Of a DNA stretch of 64,000 bases, positions 51,330 to 64,000 are shown one piece after another (the first letter of the stretch is position 1; each line of letters opens with the position of its first letter). A program made the position numbers and the translations under genes. The stretch covers positions 511,172 to 575,171 of the forward strand of contig MNCI01002045.1 of NCBI GenBank assembly GCA_015680685.1. The letters are read 5' to 3'. The notes below the pieces were generated by a model, which searched no databases, was not told where the DNA came from, and worked only from the letters and a program-made list of their open reading frames with translations. Origin of the DNA: Gnetum montanum (lineage: Eukaryota > Plantae > Gnetophyta).

Positions 51330-54300
51330 AATTAATAAAAGTAAAACATAAAATATAGAAATTAACTAATTATTTTAACAAATACTAAAGTAAATCTTAG
51401 TATAGCTTAAGGTGATGAGCATTCATTTCTAATTTCTTGTACAGATCTTGAAATCACATAATCACCATTAAACTACTAAGTGTTTATTGCTAGGCGTACC
51501 AAATGATAGCACTACTAGGATTACTAAACAATTACATGTTTATTCTTGAAAAAAATTTCACTTATACTATCATGTTACTAATACACATTGAACTATAAAT
51601 CATTATGCTAAGTATATGGGAGAGAAAAGAACAAGTAAAGGAAATTGTCAGAAAGGTAATATTAAACTAAGTTAGAGTGTTCAAATGAAGTAGAAGCAAT
51701 CTTGATCTTATTGTTGTTCATGGATTGTGTTTAGGTAAAAACTACATGAATAAGACTCTCGACAACTAACATAATTCATGCTATGGACACTTGTGAATTG
51801 CTAATAAAATTCACAAAAACATATTACATTAATGATGTATTGAATGCAGTAAGTGGTTGTATTTATAGGCCTTTATTGACATGGTGACTTTGCAACCTAG
51901 ACGTCACATTATAGGTTGTGATGTTGCATCCAAAACATCATAGCCCATAGAAAGATAATTTATCATGCCCTCATGATTAACTAAAATTTCATCTTTGATT
52001 TTAAAAAAATTGGGATAAAGTTTACTATAAAATTTATGGAAGTGATACTGATAGATTGACTAACCAACTAACTACATAACCAAGACTTGAGTAGCATACT
52101 ACAAAATTTTATTCAAGTGGGTTTTTATAAAATAATAAAAATGTAAATAGATACTAAAGTTACAAAATTTTTTTGAAGACTGGTCTTCAAGTTGTGCTTG
52201 GTAGTCATGGTTTCTACTATATTAGTAGTTCTTATGATTGATTTGCTATCATGGCTACTTTTCTCTTCATGTAGAAATTATCTAGCAGTGTCCTTAGTTT
52301 GTTTTCATTAATTCATGGATCATTGACTATCCAAGTAATGTTGGCTAGGTTAGCAGTTATAGATAGTTTTCATGGACATGACAACTTGGGAAACATCTTA
52401 TTTTCTTGGACATACTAGACCACAAATTTGGTGCATTCAACTTTAAACACCTACACTTTGTCATTTTAGGTCATGATAGTTCAACATTTTTTTACTAAAT
52501 TTTTTTCAACATGTTGTTTGATGAATTTTTCCTTGTAGACCTCCAAATCTACATTAGTAATGTGTAGCTTCTATTTGGCCTCATTGTGAAGTTTTTGTTC
52601 ATGTTCATAAAGAGAGAACATGATAATTCACAACTCCTTCATTTTGATCTCTACTTAATTTATCACATTAATTCTATCAAGGATTGACTACTAGTTTAGA
52701 TCAGGAATTTGTTTGAGAAAAATGTTAACTTTGATCTATTTGGCCTCATTAGTAATTCACAACTCCATCATTTTGATCTCTACTTAATTTATCACATTAA
52801 TTCTATCAAGGATTGACTACTAGTTTAGATCAGGAATTTGTTCGAGAAAAATGTTAAGTTTGATCTTAATCATCATGATCTCTTTCTCATTGATTTCATT
52901 CTCTAGGCCAACTAGATTTATGAGATGCTCTTTAAATTTCTCTTTCTTCCATGTCTTATTTTTCCATGCCTTGATCCCAATTACTAACTTCCAGCAGATA
53001 GAACAAAATTATCTCATGGAGAGATTTCTATTTTCTTTAGCCAACTTGTGAGTGTCTAAGTTTACTTTTATAATTGTTCCAACAAATGCTTAAGGTTTTT
53101 CTCCAATTATTCCTTTTTTTACTTCATCCTAAGAAATTTTTGATTTTTTTGTAATGAATCCATTGTTTTCTTTCACCAATGTGATGATGCATTCTATGTG
53201 AATTTCTCCTTTTCCATTTCTACTTATTGCTACTTAGTTGTTAATTGGACAATTGTATCATTGTGGAACTACTAAGTAGTTCAAGAGCTACAAACTACAT
53301 GGGATTGTCTAGCTAGACATGAAGTTACATATTTTCATTCTATAGTCTTCTAGTTAGTAACTTAGCCTACTGTAGCTTGACTTCAAATAGTATTAGCTTT
53401 TTCTTAGTAGTAATTAGTTTAAAATGCATTGCAATGATGCCTTTCAAAATGTCAAAGACACCCTCAATCATTTACCTTGTTATGAGTAGTTTGTCTAATG
53501 GTTCTTCATATTATTTAGTAATCATGCTACCTACTCTTCTAGTGCCTATCCTTGCAAACAATTGGATTTCTTGCATCGTAGCAAAGTTAAGAATTGATGT
53601 TGTAGGGATTTTGAAGTCTTCATCTACATGATCAACAATAACATTTGCAATGATCTCCTATCCTTTAGGTGGCATCATTATAATAACAGCATCATCTCTA
53701 AGCTCTAGGGTAATAAGAAAAGATGTATCATTACCAGAGATTTTAGGATGTTCCTTTGGTAATATGATTAAAATATCTCTCATAGGGTTCACATAAGTTG
53801 AAAATTTAATTCAAAAAATGTTGAACATGTTTGAGATGTCTTCTTATCACCAAGCTATAGCCTAAGATACCTTCTGTAACATCTTTTCTTTGGATATTTC
53901 TTACCCCTTGGTATATTTTTAGTTTAAAACCTTGATATCTTTTTTGCTAACTCAAGAGTAGTAGGTATCCTCTATGCCCAACTATATGAATCACTAGCAT
54001 GTACATGTGATTTGGTTGAATTCTGTGAACTCTATTTATCTAAGTGGTTGATATCATTAGATGGTGAAAGATGTGGTTTGCTAATCATTATCATTCCAAT
54101 CATCACTTGTGTTAGCTCGTTTGTATGGTTAAGTGTGAATGAGGCTTAAGATATTTATTTTTGTAATTTTTATAATTATCTTTATTGATGAAATGGTTAA
54201 GTAAATGTAGATTTAATATTTAAATTAACTAATTAATTAACTACTTCATTAACTAACTAGCCTAAACTTGGAGTATCCTTTCTCACCTTCCATACACATC

Positions 54301-55030
54301 TTTAACATATACTAACACTACTAGGTTATTAAGTGTTTACTATTGGGTGTACAAAGTAGCCATTGTTGGGATCACCAAGTATTACTATATTATGCTTGAA
54401 GTGGTTGTACTCAGATTGATTACAAGTGCTAATCTTAAATGCATAATAATAAGAAAGTAAATGACATTTAAAGTAAATTTTTGAAAAGTAGAGTTAAGCT
54501 AATCTAAGTGCCTTAATGGATAGAATAAATCTCAATTTTATTTCTGTTCATGCAAATGTGTCTAGGTACATGGGAACTCGAATAAGATGTCATACAATCA
54601 CTTTAATCCATGTTTCGGGCACTCAAAGGAAAAAATATTTTAACCTCTATGAGAAGAAACTATAAGAGTATAGTTAAGGGAATGATTACAAGGTACCATA
54701 AATGCTAGGGATGTGTGCATTTATATAGGTAATGCTTGCATTAGCATTGATGTACCTACATCAATGCATCCTAAATGCATCAACAGGGATATGTCAATGT
54801 GCTTGCATTGACGCAATTGTTTTATTGATGTTTCATCATACCCTTACAATTGATTAAAAATAAACAAAAATGTGATTAAGCTTCTTACAAAATTTGGGAA
54901 AATGTGAAACATTATTAATTGCATGACTAACTAACTAATTGACTGACTGACTCGGAGTGCTGGATCATACGAATTACAAAAAAATTAAACACTTAGACAA
55001 AAATAATAGAAATTTATTGAATAGATGAAA
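51330..55030 (-). mobile_element. Degenerate LTR-element remnant: two diverged LTR-like copies (~51330-52170, ~54190-55030) around a decayed interior
   Basis: Shared blocks TAAGTGTTTAYT..GGYGTAC, AATAAGA, TATTTATAGG/CATTTATATAGG and GACTAACYAACTAA. No clear ORF. Confidence 0.45.
52624..52866. repeat. ~113 bp near-perfect tandem duplication
   Basis: TAATTCACAACTCC...AAAATGTTAA.TTTGATCT occurs twice. Confidence 0.9.
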
Positions 55031-57149
55031 ATGGGATGAAGTTTTCACACAATAACTGGCGATGAAGGCTCCTATGATACTAAGGATTCTTCATCATGTC
55101 TTAGAACTACTAGAGGTTGTGGCTATCTTATTGCTAGTACTAAAATAATTGAAGGCATTTAGGAGTATGTTCATTTTCCCCTCTTTTCCACATGGATCAT
55201 GAGTTTTTTAGGTTGCTTCACTTAGATGTGCTAGTGTTAGAATATCCCATGGGCACAATAGTGATGTATGGACAAAATTTTGTAGCTGCTTGCAACACCT
55301 CAAAAAAAATTCATGTTGTAGTGCAAAGCCCAGAGCCAAAACGTCTTGTTGTAATTTGGTGGAAGTGTAACAGTAGAAAAAATTACCTTATTTCCAAAAA
55401 ATAAGTATTTTGACCTTATACTAATGGAATCTAAGGTAATTTTCAATGTAAAAAATTTAAAATTTGTAGCCTACAAGGTATAATTTTCATGCTTTCTAGC
55501 TTGTGGAAGCTAAAATGCTCCACAAGATATAAATGTCTTATATCCCAGCTTAAGAAATTCCATCTATTCTAGCTTGTGAGGATTAAAAAGCACTCTATAG
55601 GTTGTGAAAATTGATATTTCATCTCACATGTTGAGCATCTTGGTCCCACATGCTCAGTAGCATGTGGGGACAACATGATATTTAGAATTTAATCCTACAT
55701 ATTAGGAATTCTAGTCCCACACACTGGGCAGTGTGTAGGGTTGTGTTTGGAGGATGAAAACTAGCTAAAATTACTTACACATTGCATGGAGATTTCCTAG
55801 GTGTAGCAAAGTTTGCTAGAAATCTATCATCAATCATGGAAAAATTAACGAACAACAAATCAGGGACCCATGGCCTATTTAAATATAAGATTACTTCATT
55901 GTAAGGACTATTGGATCATTTGGCATTTAACTAAACTTGATACTTTTAGAGTAGTGTAGATCTCTTGGATTCCACAACCATTTCTTCCTTAGTATAGATT
56001 AATGTAGTAGAGAGAACTAGTGGTGAGCAAAGTTCAAAGGGAAAATTGTCCAAGATATTCAAAGGTAGATCCAATTGCAAAACACATGTTGCTGTTGGCA
56101 TCAAATTTCAAGCATTTTCTTTGAGCTCTTAGGCATTTGAGGCTCATAACTTATGTTCTATAAAATTTTGTTTCTACGAATTTTTCACCATTTTAATATA
56201 AGTTTGTAGTTTCTATTATTTTGCTACATTTGCTTTATATTTCATTGTACTTGGATCTAGTGTTTAGGCCACCATTTCATATGCTTTCAATTTTTATTTC
56301 ATATTTCAGTAGTTGATCTTTAAGTCCTCAAACGATAGGCAAGACCATTTGAGGCACTCCAAATCCTTTTTTGAGGCTTGTGGATCTAGGATTAAACTAT
56401 CTCGCATAGAAATTCTTGGCCCTCCAGCATCAATTTTTTTCATTGCTACAATTTCTTGTGCTAGAACTAGGACCTCCGCTTAACTTCTTCACTATAGCCC
56501 ATTGCAGAGTCTTTTTGTTTGTGTTAGCCTTAACTTGTGAGCCTATCTTAAGCAGTAAAATTTTGAGTTGGATTTTCTTAAAACCTAGTGTGTGGCCTGC
56601 AACTAACATTATTTCAAGTGAATTTTCTTAAAATTTAGTGTTGGATTTTCTAGAAACCCACCACATGGCTTGCTTTCTATTTCAATTATTTACTTTTACT
56701 TTTACTTTTTCTACCACATCATGTAGAGCTACTCCTATTTCTTGCACCTTAAAACAAAAGAGCTATCTTTTTCTAGAGTAGTACACCATGCTACCATAGC
56801 CAGCCACATTTCCTAGGTAGTCATAGTGAACAATGCAATCTCTATTTCCACCATTTATACCTTGCAATTTCTCAGCCATTCCACTTTCATAAATTTTCAA
56901 GAATTAGTACCTTGTAGTTGTAGCATAGTTAAGGTTGTATAGCCTCACGTACCAAGACTTCCACATGCTAGACAATTCCACATGTTGAGGCTTCCATACG
57001 TTGGGTAGTCCCACATGCTCAAACTTCCACACCCTTGATAGTCTCACACACAGAGACCTCCATACTTTTGGCAGCTCATATGTTGAGATACTTAGCTAAT
57101 TATTTGATATAACACCTTGTTATGTCTTTTTGCTATTTAATGATCTTAC

Positions 57150-60100
57150 CATAGAATATAACACACATGGCCCCTATCCAAGAAGTAGCTCGTATCTATG
57201 ATCCTAAGGATCTCACAGTCATAGAATGTAGGTAATATCTTNTTAAGAATTAGTTCAAAATCATCCATCAAAATGAAAAAGAATATATTCCCTCATCCTA
57301 TGATCAAATCCATTTAATAGACTTCTATACATGTTGGTTAACACAACTAATAGACATTGATGAGATGAGTGAGGAGATTAGTTTAGATGAAGGACAAGAA
57401 GACTAGGATGAGTTTGAAGTGGAGCATGAACCAAACATGTTAAAGGATGACCTTTTCCAATATTCAACTACTCAAACAACTATCCCTAGCTTTGTGCCTC
57501 TAGTGTTTGTAGTGGATCAGGTTCCCTAATCTTCTCTTGTATATCCCACCATGTTTGGACCAATGCCTATTATAATGATATACCAATCTCAACCCACATT
57601 CCATTTTGTCTCATTATTCTCATCAATGCACTTTGCAACTTAATCCCATTATGTGCATCTAGCATTGGTTGTGTCCTTTACACCACCTTCCTTCTCTATC
57701 CCAGTGGGCCCTTCCTTAGGATCCTAAACATCACAAGTCTCTTACACTCTCTTTGTCCCTTCATCCCTCATGTTCCAACTCAAACATCATTCTCCTTGTT
57801 TAATTCCCCTACAACTATGATCAACCAGCCTCTTCCATCTATACCAATGCTTATTGCATGGTCCTACGCCATTCAACTCCCCCTGCAACCATTAGTTCAC
57901 ACTTCATGGAAATGTCGCAAGGCTTGCATCAAGCCTTCCAAATGATCCATGACCTCATAGATGAGCTACAGAAGCTTAAGGTCTCCACCACCTAGATGGT
58001 TAAAATTATGGACTTCTATCAAGTTGATCCCATTAGTCCTATAATTTTACAAATAACTCTTTCCACAAGCATTCCAATCCCCCAATTTACCAAATATAAT
58101 GGTGAGGGTGATCCAAATTCATATCTCATTACCTTCCATTACAAGTGCTTATTGTTGTAAGCTTAGATCCATATTGTAATTTGCATCTTTCGTATGTCTT
58201 TCACTCGAAAAGCCTTAGATTAGTATCATGTGTTACCCATAGGCTTCATAGTCTCTTTAGATGACTTGTTTTCATAATTCGTTAACCATTTCAAGTATAA
58301 ATTGAAACTTGATACAATACTAGATCAATTGATGAAGGTCAAATAAGGGCCTCTTGAACCTATCCAAAAATTTATATAGAGATGAAATGCTATCCTCAAT
58401 GAAATCCCTGAGCCTATCTCTGAGACACATCTTTTAACCATTTTCAAGCAGGTAGTTAACAATTTTATCAAGTACAAGCTATACTACTTGGACTCATGGT
58501 CACTTTGCCAAGCCTTTTCCCAAACCAAGAACATAAATAATGTTGGTTAAGTTAGTAATGATCTAGCATATGTAACATATAAAAACTAGCACAAGAGAAA
58601 ATAAAGGGACAAGGGAAAACAAAACCATATAGCTGTGGTCATAGTGGCCAAAGAAACTAAAACCATGTAGGGGCCAAAAAGAACTCAACTAAAGGGCCTT
58701 TCCACCACCACTTAACCTTCAACATTGGCTACCTCTACCTCCAACCCACCTAGGCCTAACTTCAAGAGAAACAATTGGTCTAAGTACATGAAGTTACGCA
58801 CGAAGCCATATGAGCTTCTTGATTAGCTCCTCAAGAGTAACCACATATAGTACAGACAACTAATTGAGAATGCTCATAAGAGGCATGATTACTCATGTGA
58901 GATTGTTAGGGATCCCACTATAACCATCAAGGATGATCCATTTGTTCCCAAATACTTTAAGCTAGATTGGTTTTGCCATTATCACCAACTTCTTGCCCAT
59001 GATAGTAATTTTTTCTTGGCTTTAAAGGATGATTTACAAAAAATGATAGATAGTGGTGAATTGGTCCTAGACACATCTAATCCAATTAGGCCCCAAAACT
59101 AGAGCATGTAAGTACATAAAGACCCACTGAACACCAACAATGACCCATATACCATAGCTACATTTAGTATTAATAACAACCCTAAACCTCCTAGGGAGCT
59201 ATTTGTGATTCAGGTGCCTCATCATGACGAAAGTGCTTCAACTTCATTAAGTTCAAGGACTGATTTTTTCATAAGGATACCATCACTTACATCTTCCAAA
59301 GAACCAATTTTTATTAGAGTACCCCCTGCAACCAACATTGAGCCTATCGCTCAAGCTAATCAACATCCTCCCATGATAGCCAATACTACAATGTCTTCTC
59401 AAAAAGATAACAAAAAGTAACCAAAAAAATAGCATAATAAGGTAGTTCCTAAGCCTACAACAAAGGATAGTAAATAACTAAAGGTGTGGAAGAAAGTAGG
59501 CTCCCTAAAGTACACACCTATTTCAACCATGTCCATAAGCTCTAATGCTCCATTTGCTTCAAGGGGTCAACCTAAAAAGAACAACAAACGACAAGAGAAA
59601 GGGAAGGAGGCCCAAACCATAAACACTAAAGCTTGAGGTCAAAATATTATGTAGAATGAAAGAAGTCAAGGCTAATAAGAATGAAAAAACATCAAATAGT
59701 GAGAAAGCCTTCCTCACTAACATGCAATAGGTTAAGCTTTCACTCAAGTAAAAGAACACCTCTTTAAGCTTATACCATCTATTGATGACATCTTCTACTC
59801 ATTGTAAGGCCTTAGTTAAGATGTTGACCTCTATTCCTATTAGTGAATATATTCTTACCAACAAAAATTCACTCATTTAGTAATGATGCCATCTTCACCT
59901 AGGAAGAAATGAGGTTGACTACCTTAACCTTTCGTAACAATGAGGTAAAGATCAATTCACAAAGTGGTGAGGTGACAAGGGCTCCTCTCTTTATAACTAT
60001 AAGGTTTGTTTAATACAAGATACACTGAGTGCACATTGATGATGAAGCAACAACAAATATTATATTCTTTTCCATTGTGGAACATCTAGTTTTATTAAAG

Positions 60101-60610
60101 CATATACAAAGCACTTCCACTTTTTCTCTTAAGTTCTTTAATGGATCACAGGTAGTAGTGAGAGGATCCATCTCTTTAGACTTCAGTACAAGGAAATAAT
60201 GCCCTACATTTGTTGATTTCTTAGTGGTGGAAGAGACACCACAATTCAATATAATCCTAGGAAGGCCTTGGTTAGCTAAACTATGAGTAGTCTCTTTTCA
60301 TTTTCATCAAGAAATTCACCTACCTTATGAGGGAGTTGAAATCATAATCCATGAAGATAGTGTAGTCCCCTTACTAGTTAACAATGTTGACGTAGAGCAA
60401 GGATCTAAGGTGGAGTTTCAAGAAGAAACTCCTACCATTTAAAACCAAGTTAAGAGGTACACTGATGTAAACCAAGCCAAGACTAAAAACAGTCATGCCA
60501 TGAACAAATTGTGCAGAGATCTCCCATTTAATATTATAAGCAAAGGCAATGGAGAGTACAAAATTGTGTAATAGAGTCCTTACACTTTTCTTAGTCTTTC
60601 AAAGATTTGA
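57150..60610 (+). pseudogene. gag-protease of D
   Basis: PQFTKYNGEGDPNSYL, WFCHYHQLLAHDSNFFLALKDDLQKMID, VHIDDEATTNII, FNIILGRPWL. Many stops. Confidence 0.88.
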
Positions 60611-61134
60611 AAAAATTGGGCAATTGAGCACATCACTTAAGTGTTCAAGCATGTATCATATGATGTAGCCATTTACCTTATAGCCTAGTTCTCAACTTTT
60701 ATTTATATATATATTTCTATTTTACCTTCCTTTATAAATTCTAGTCTTGTTATGCCTTATTTATAATTTTACTTCTTAACCTTTACTTTACATTTGGCTT
60801 GAATTTTACAATTTAGGACTATTTCCCTATGCATTGATATAAAGATATAGAATGACATAAAAATAGATAATATAAAACTACATAAAAAACCTTAGAACAT
60901 GAAATACCAAAAAAGAAAAAATAATATGCTTCAAACCAAAGCTAAAATGATAGCCATAGTTACATTATGTAGCAATAACAAAAATAAAATATCTCATAGC
61001 CATAGTTTCACTATGAAATAGTCAACACCAAAAAATAGTACATAGTCTCTAAAGGCTATGATAGCCAAAATAAACAACTATAACCATATGACTAAAATAA
61101 CAAAAATGTAGCATGTCTAATAGTAACCAAAACT

Positions 61135-64000
61135 AAGCTGAAGGAGGAGCAGGATCATCATTCAAATGATCACCAATATCATTGCCATTGCTTAAGTCCT
61201 ATAAATAATAAAAATATAAATAGTTAATAACCATTATAAAAAAACATAAATATGAAATCATGAAAACTAAACAATAATAAATATAAAATATAACATAAAA
61301 ACTTTAAAATTTTTACATGAACCTCATGATATTTTGGAGTAATATCTTTTGAAGAAAAGTTTTAGAGACTAGTCTCTAACCTATGCAGAATTTATTCTTC
61401 ACTTATGTTAGCCCAGTCAATTTCTCCTAGATCTAATCCTGTTAGGAACTTTTCCCTTTCAATGTCTATCCACTTAAGAGGATCGCGGGAAAGGTTAGCT
61501 ATAGTAGTCTCTCTAGAGATAGTAGTGATTTGAGGGGCAAGAGAATCAATCATCACCAGTGAATTTGTGAACATCTTGAAGGTGACTTTTGCATTTATCC
61601 TTTCCATAAACAACTTAAGCTTTCATCATTCAATAGCTTTCGTATTGCATAATTTTAGGTAGCTCTCCTTCACTTTGTATTGTTTCTTGTGGTCCTTTTT
61701 TTTTGCCCCATTCAAGTACCCAAGGAAAAGAACCCCTCCAATCCCTAGTCTTACGAACTAGTAACTCCATTTTCATATGTTTTTCCACATTGGTCTTGGC
61801 TAGAGCAAACTTAATTTGGATGACACTTCAATACCATGACCACTTGATCTCCTTCATGTTCAAAGAGTTCCTATTAGCTACACAAGCTTCTATGAATTCT
61901 TTGTAATTTTGAAGGCTCTTGTTCTCATTTAGTAGCTCCTTCACCTGGATTCTCAAAGCAATGACCTCCTCTCATAGAAATTCATTAGAGTTTTGGAACT
62001 TCCAAGATGTCCTTACACATGGGATAGCACATTGGGCATCCCCATGGTATAATCTCCATGGAATATTCTCTACCTTGGATAGGGTAGGAAGCTAATTGTC
62101 TCATGTAGGATCCCATCTAACTTTGGATACTGTAATAGCCAAAGTGTAACAAAAAAACAAAAACAACAAAAATAATCAAAATATTTTAAACTAATAAACT
62201 CACATAACGAAAATAAAATAAAATAAAAACCATAAAAATATAAAATAAAAATGCAAAAAAATATGCTAATTATTCTTACCAACATCGGGGGCTATCTATT
62301 ATAATCGATCAACCATATCCTCTACCATGCCTTATCTAAAACCTTAGCCCAAGGCTTAAAATGAAACTTAGATGTGGATGATTCTAGAGGAGTTTTATGT
62401 ACTACAAAAACCATAACCATAAATATAGTTTGCAAGGATAGACATAAACATTTTTTTAAAAAATAAAAATAAAACTAAAGAGTACCTAGAAGATCATGTG
62501 ACATATCCACAGGGAAAGTACCTTCTATAGACAAGTCCTCAAAGATAGAATCTATGACATCCAATGCTCCCTTGAATGTCCTCTCTTCTTCCTCCTTGCA
62601 TATTTTCTCCTCTACTTTCTTACATCTTTGTTTTGCTTCCATAGGAGCTTGGGTAGCCAACCCTTGTTGTCTGCCTACAACCATGTCAAAGCCAAAACAT
62701 AGAAAAGGTTAGCAAATTGTTTTGTTAAAAGTAATATAAATATATAACCACATAAAATAACATGAAAAAAATACAAAATTACAACATAAAAAATGTATAC
62801 ATACATGCCTACAATAGATTGATGCATCTTGCCAAACCTGATGGATACCTTCTTATGCACTAGGTAATCAATAATAAGAGCATTTACTTCAACCTATTGC
62901 ATCTTCATCTTATCTTTATCTATACCATCAACTTCTACCTGTGTCTTCTTGGCTCTCTTGGCATTACCATATGTAACATGGGGTTCAACCCCTATGTTGT
63001 TAAGGGAAGAAAATTTTGCTTCACTAAACATCTTAGTCGTAATTAACAGTGACTCTTCGATATTCTTAACTAGTGGATCTTGGACATACATGGTTAGAAC
63101 AATGTGTTTGATCCAAGGGTTGAAACATTGGGAGGGATCATGGCCCATCCACTTTTCATCTCTCATAACCACTATGAATTCTACAAACCTTCTAAAATAC
63201 ACAAGAAAGAATGTGAAATTCATATAACATATGGAGTTGATATTGTTGTAGAATTTTTAGATTTCATCCTATAACCTAGAGACCAAAAATGTAGCTTAGT
63301 TAAAATTAGTACCACTGGTAAAGACCTTTTTCATGATTCAAGCTTGTTGAACACCAATTATCTGCTTCTATGATAGCAAGATTGGAAAGATCCTAGAACG
63401 AAATAGAGGATAAGTTTCATTAGCTTTTTCAACTTTGTAGTTGCTAAGTAACAATGCACCACTACTAGAATAGTTAAGCCAATCCTCCATTTTCACTTTG
63501 TGGCTCACATCTTTCCTTACTCTTATGGAAACCTTAACACCATCAGAAGGTACTCCAAAGAGATCACTGAGAGCAGACTCACTAATGCTCAATACCATAG
63601 GGAAATCATGTACATAGAAAATGAATTTTTTGAATCCCTTATCAAAGGAATCTATCACATTTAGCATCTCTATTGATGACATTGACATACTAGAAAGCAC
63701 AAACAAGTCAAGCAAACCTGCATTAGCAATCCTCTGCTGATCTCTCTAGGAGCTCTTCTTGCTAGTCACTTCTATGATGAGTCTGCTTCACCCCACCTAA
63801 GTTGGACCTTCTCCTTCACATTACTTGACATGGTCACAATGAAAGTAGACTCACACATGGAACCTACAACACAACATAGGTAGCCCATTATCATTTTACA
63901 TAAGTAGATGATCCAAGGACATAAAGGTATAAAACTAAGGAGTAACTTGCTAGAAAATAAAAATACCATGGAAGTTGGCCACACTTGAATTAATACCACT
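61135..64000 (-). pseudogene. Antisense multi-exon accessory gene of D
   Basis: AGLLDLFVLSSMSMSSIEMLNVIDSF..ALSDLFGVPSDG (63368-63730), CFNPWIKH, LDGILHETISFLPYP. T-rich introns on the minus strand. Confidence 0.75.

Larger units (their letters stand above)
55200..64000 (+). mobile_element. Tat-lineage LTR retrotransposon D (more diverged; continues beyond the right edge)
   Basis: LTR end ..CATTGCTACA at 56450, PBS TTGTGCTAGAACTAGG at 56456-56471, gag-PR, then antisense gene. LTR start not resolved. Confidence 0.8.

Noticed and set aside
45518-56631. Short hydrophobic ORFs in AT-rich stretches (e.g. 45518, 52851, 53377, 55192, 56416)
   Set aside because: No recognisable motifs. They lie in LTRs or decayed repeats and are expected by chance.

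Overview
Plant-type heterochromatic window made almost entirely of old, nested, decayed LTR retrotransposons, with no intact host gene. Four related Ty3/gypsy Tat-lineage elements are present: A (minus, <1-8118), B (plus, 8119-42361), C (minus, 19470-38179, full length, TSD CATAT, inserted in B's integrase) and D (plus, ~55200->64000). B and C show an unusual layout: LTR - tRNA-Asn PBS - gag-protease - STOP - a ~6 kb spacer carrying an antisense, multi-intron accessory gene (PMD/plant-transposon-protein-like) - RT-RH-archaeal RH-INT - PPT - LTR. A and D show the same layout as far as the window reaches. Arrays of a covarying 4-bp-stem/6-nt-loop hairpin plus TAAAYTRGC, compatible with tandem H-type RNA pseudoknots, follow each ORF block and precede RT. 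Also present: a 5S-rRNA-derived fragment, an intronless CCR4-like deadenylase pseudogene (43472-44763), a SIRE-like Ty1/copia element (~45741-51324) whose RNase H segment is inverted between two N gaps, and degenerate LTR-like repeats at 51.3-55.0 kb. All alignments were made by eye, so family assignments need HMM or phylogenetic confirmation.
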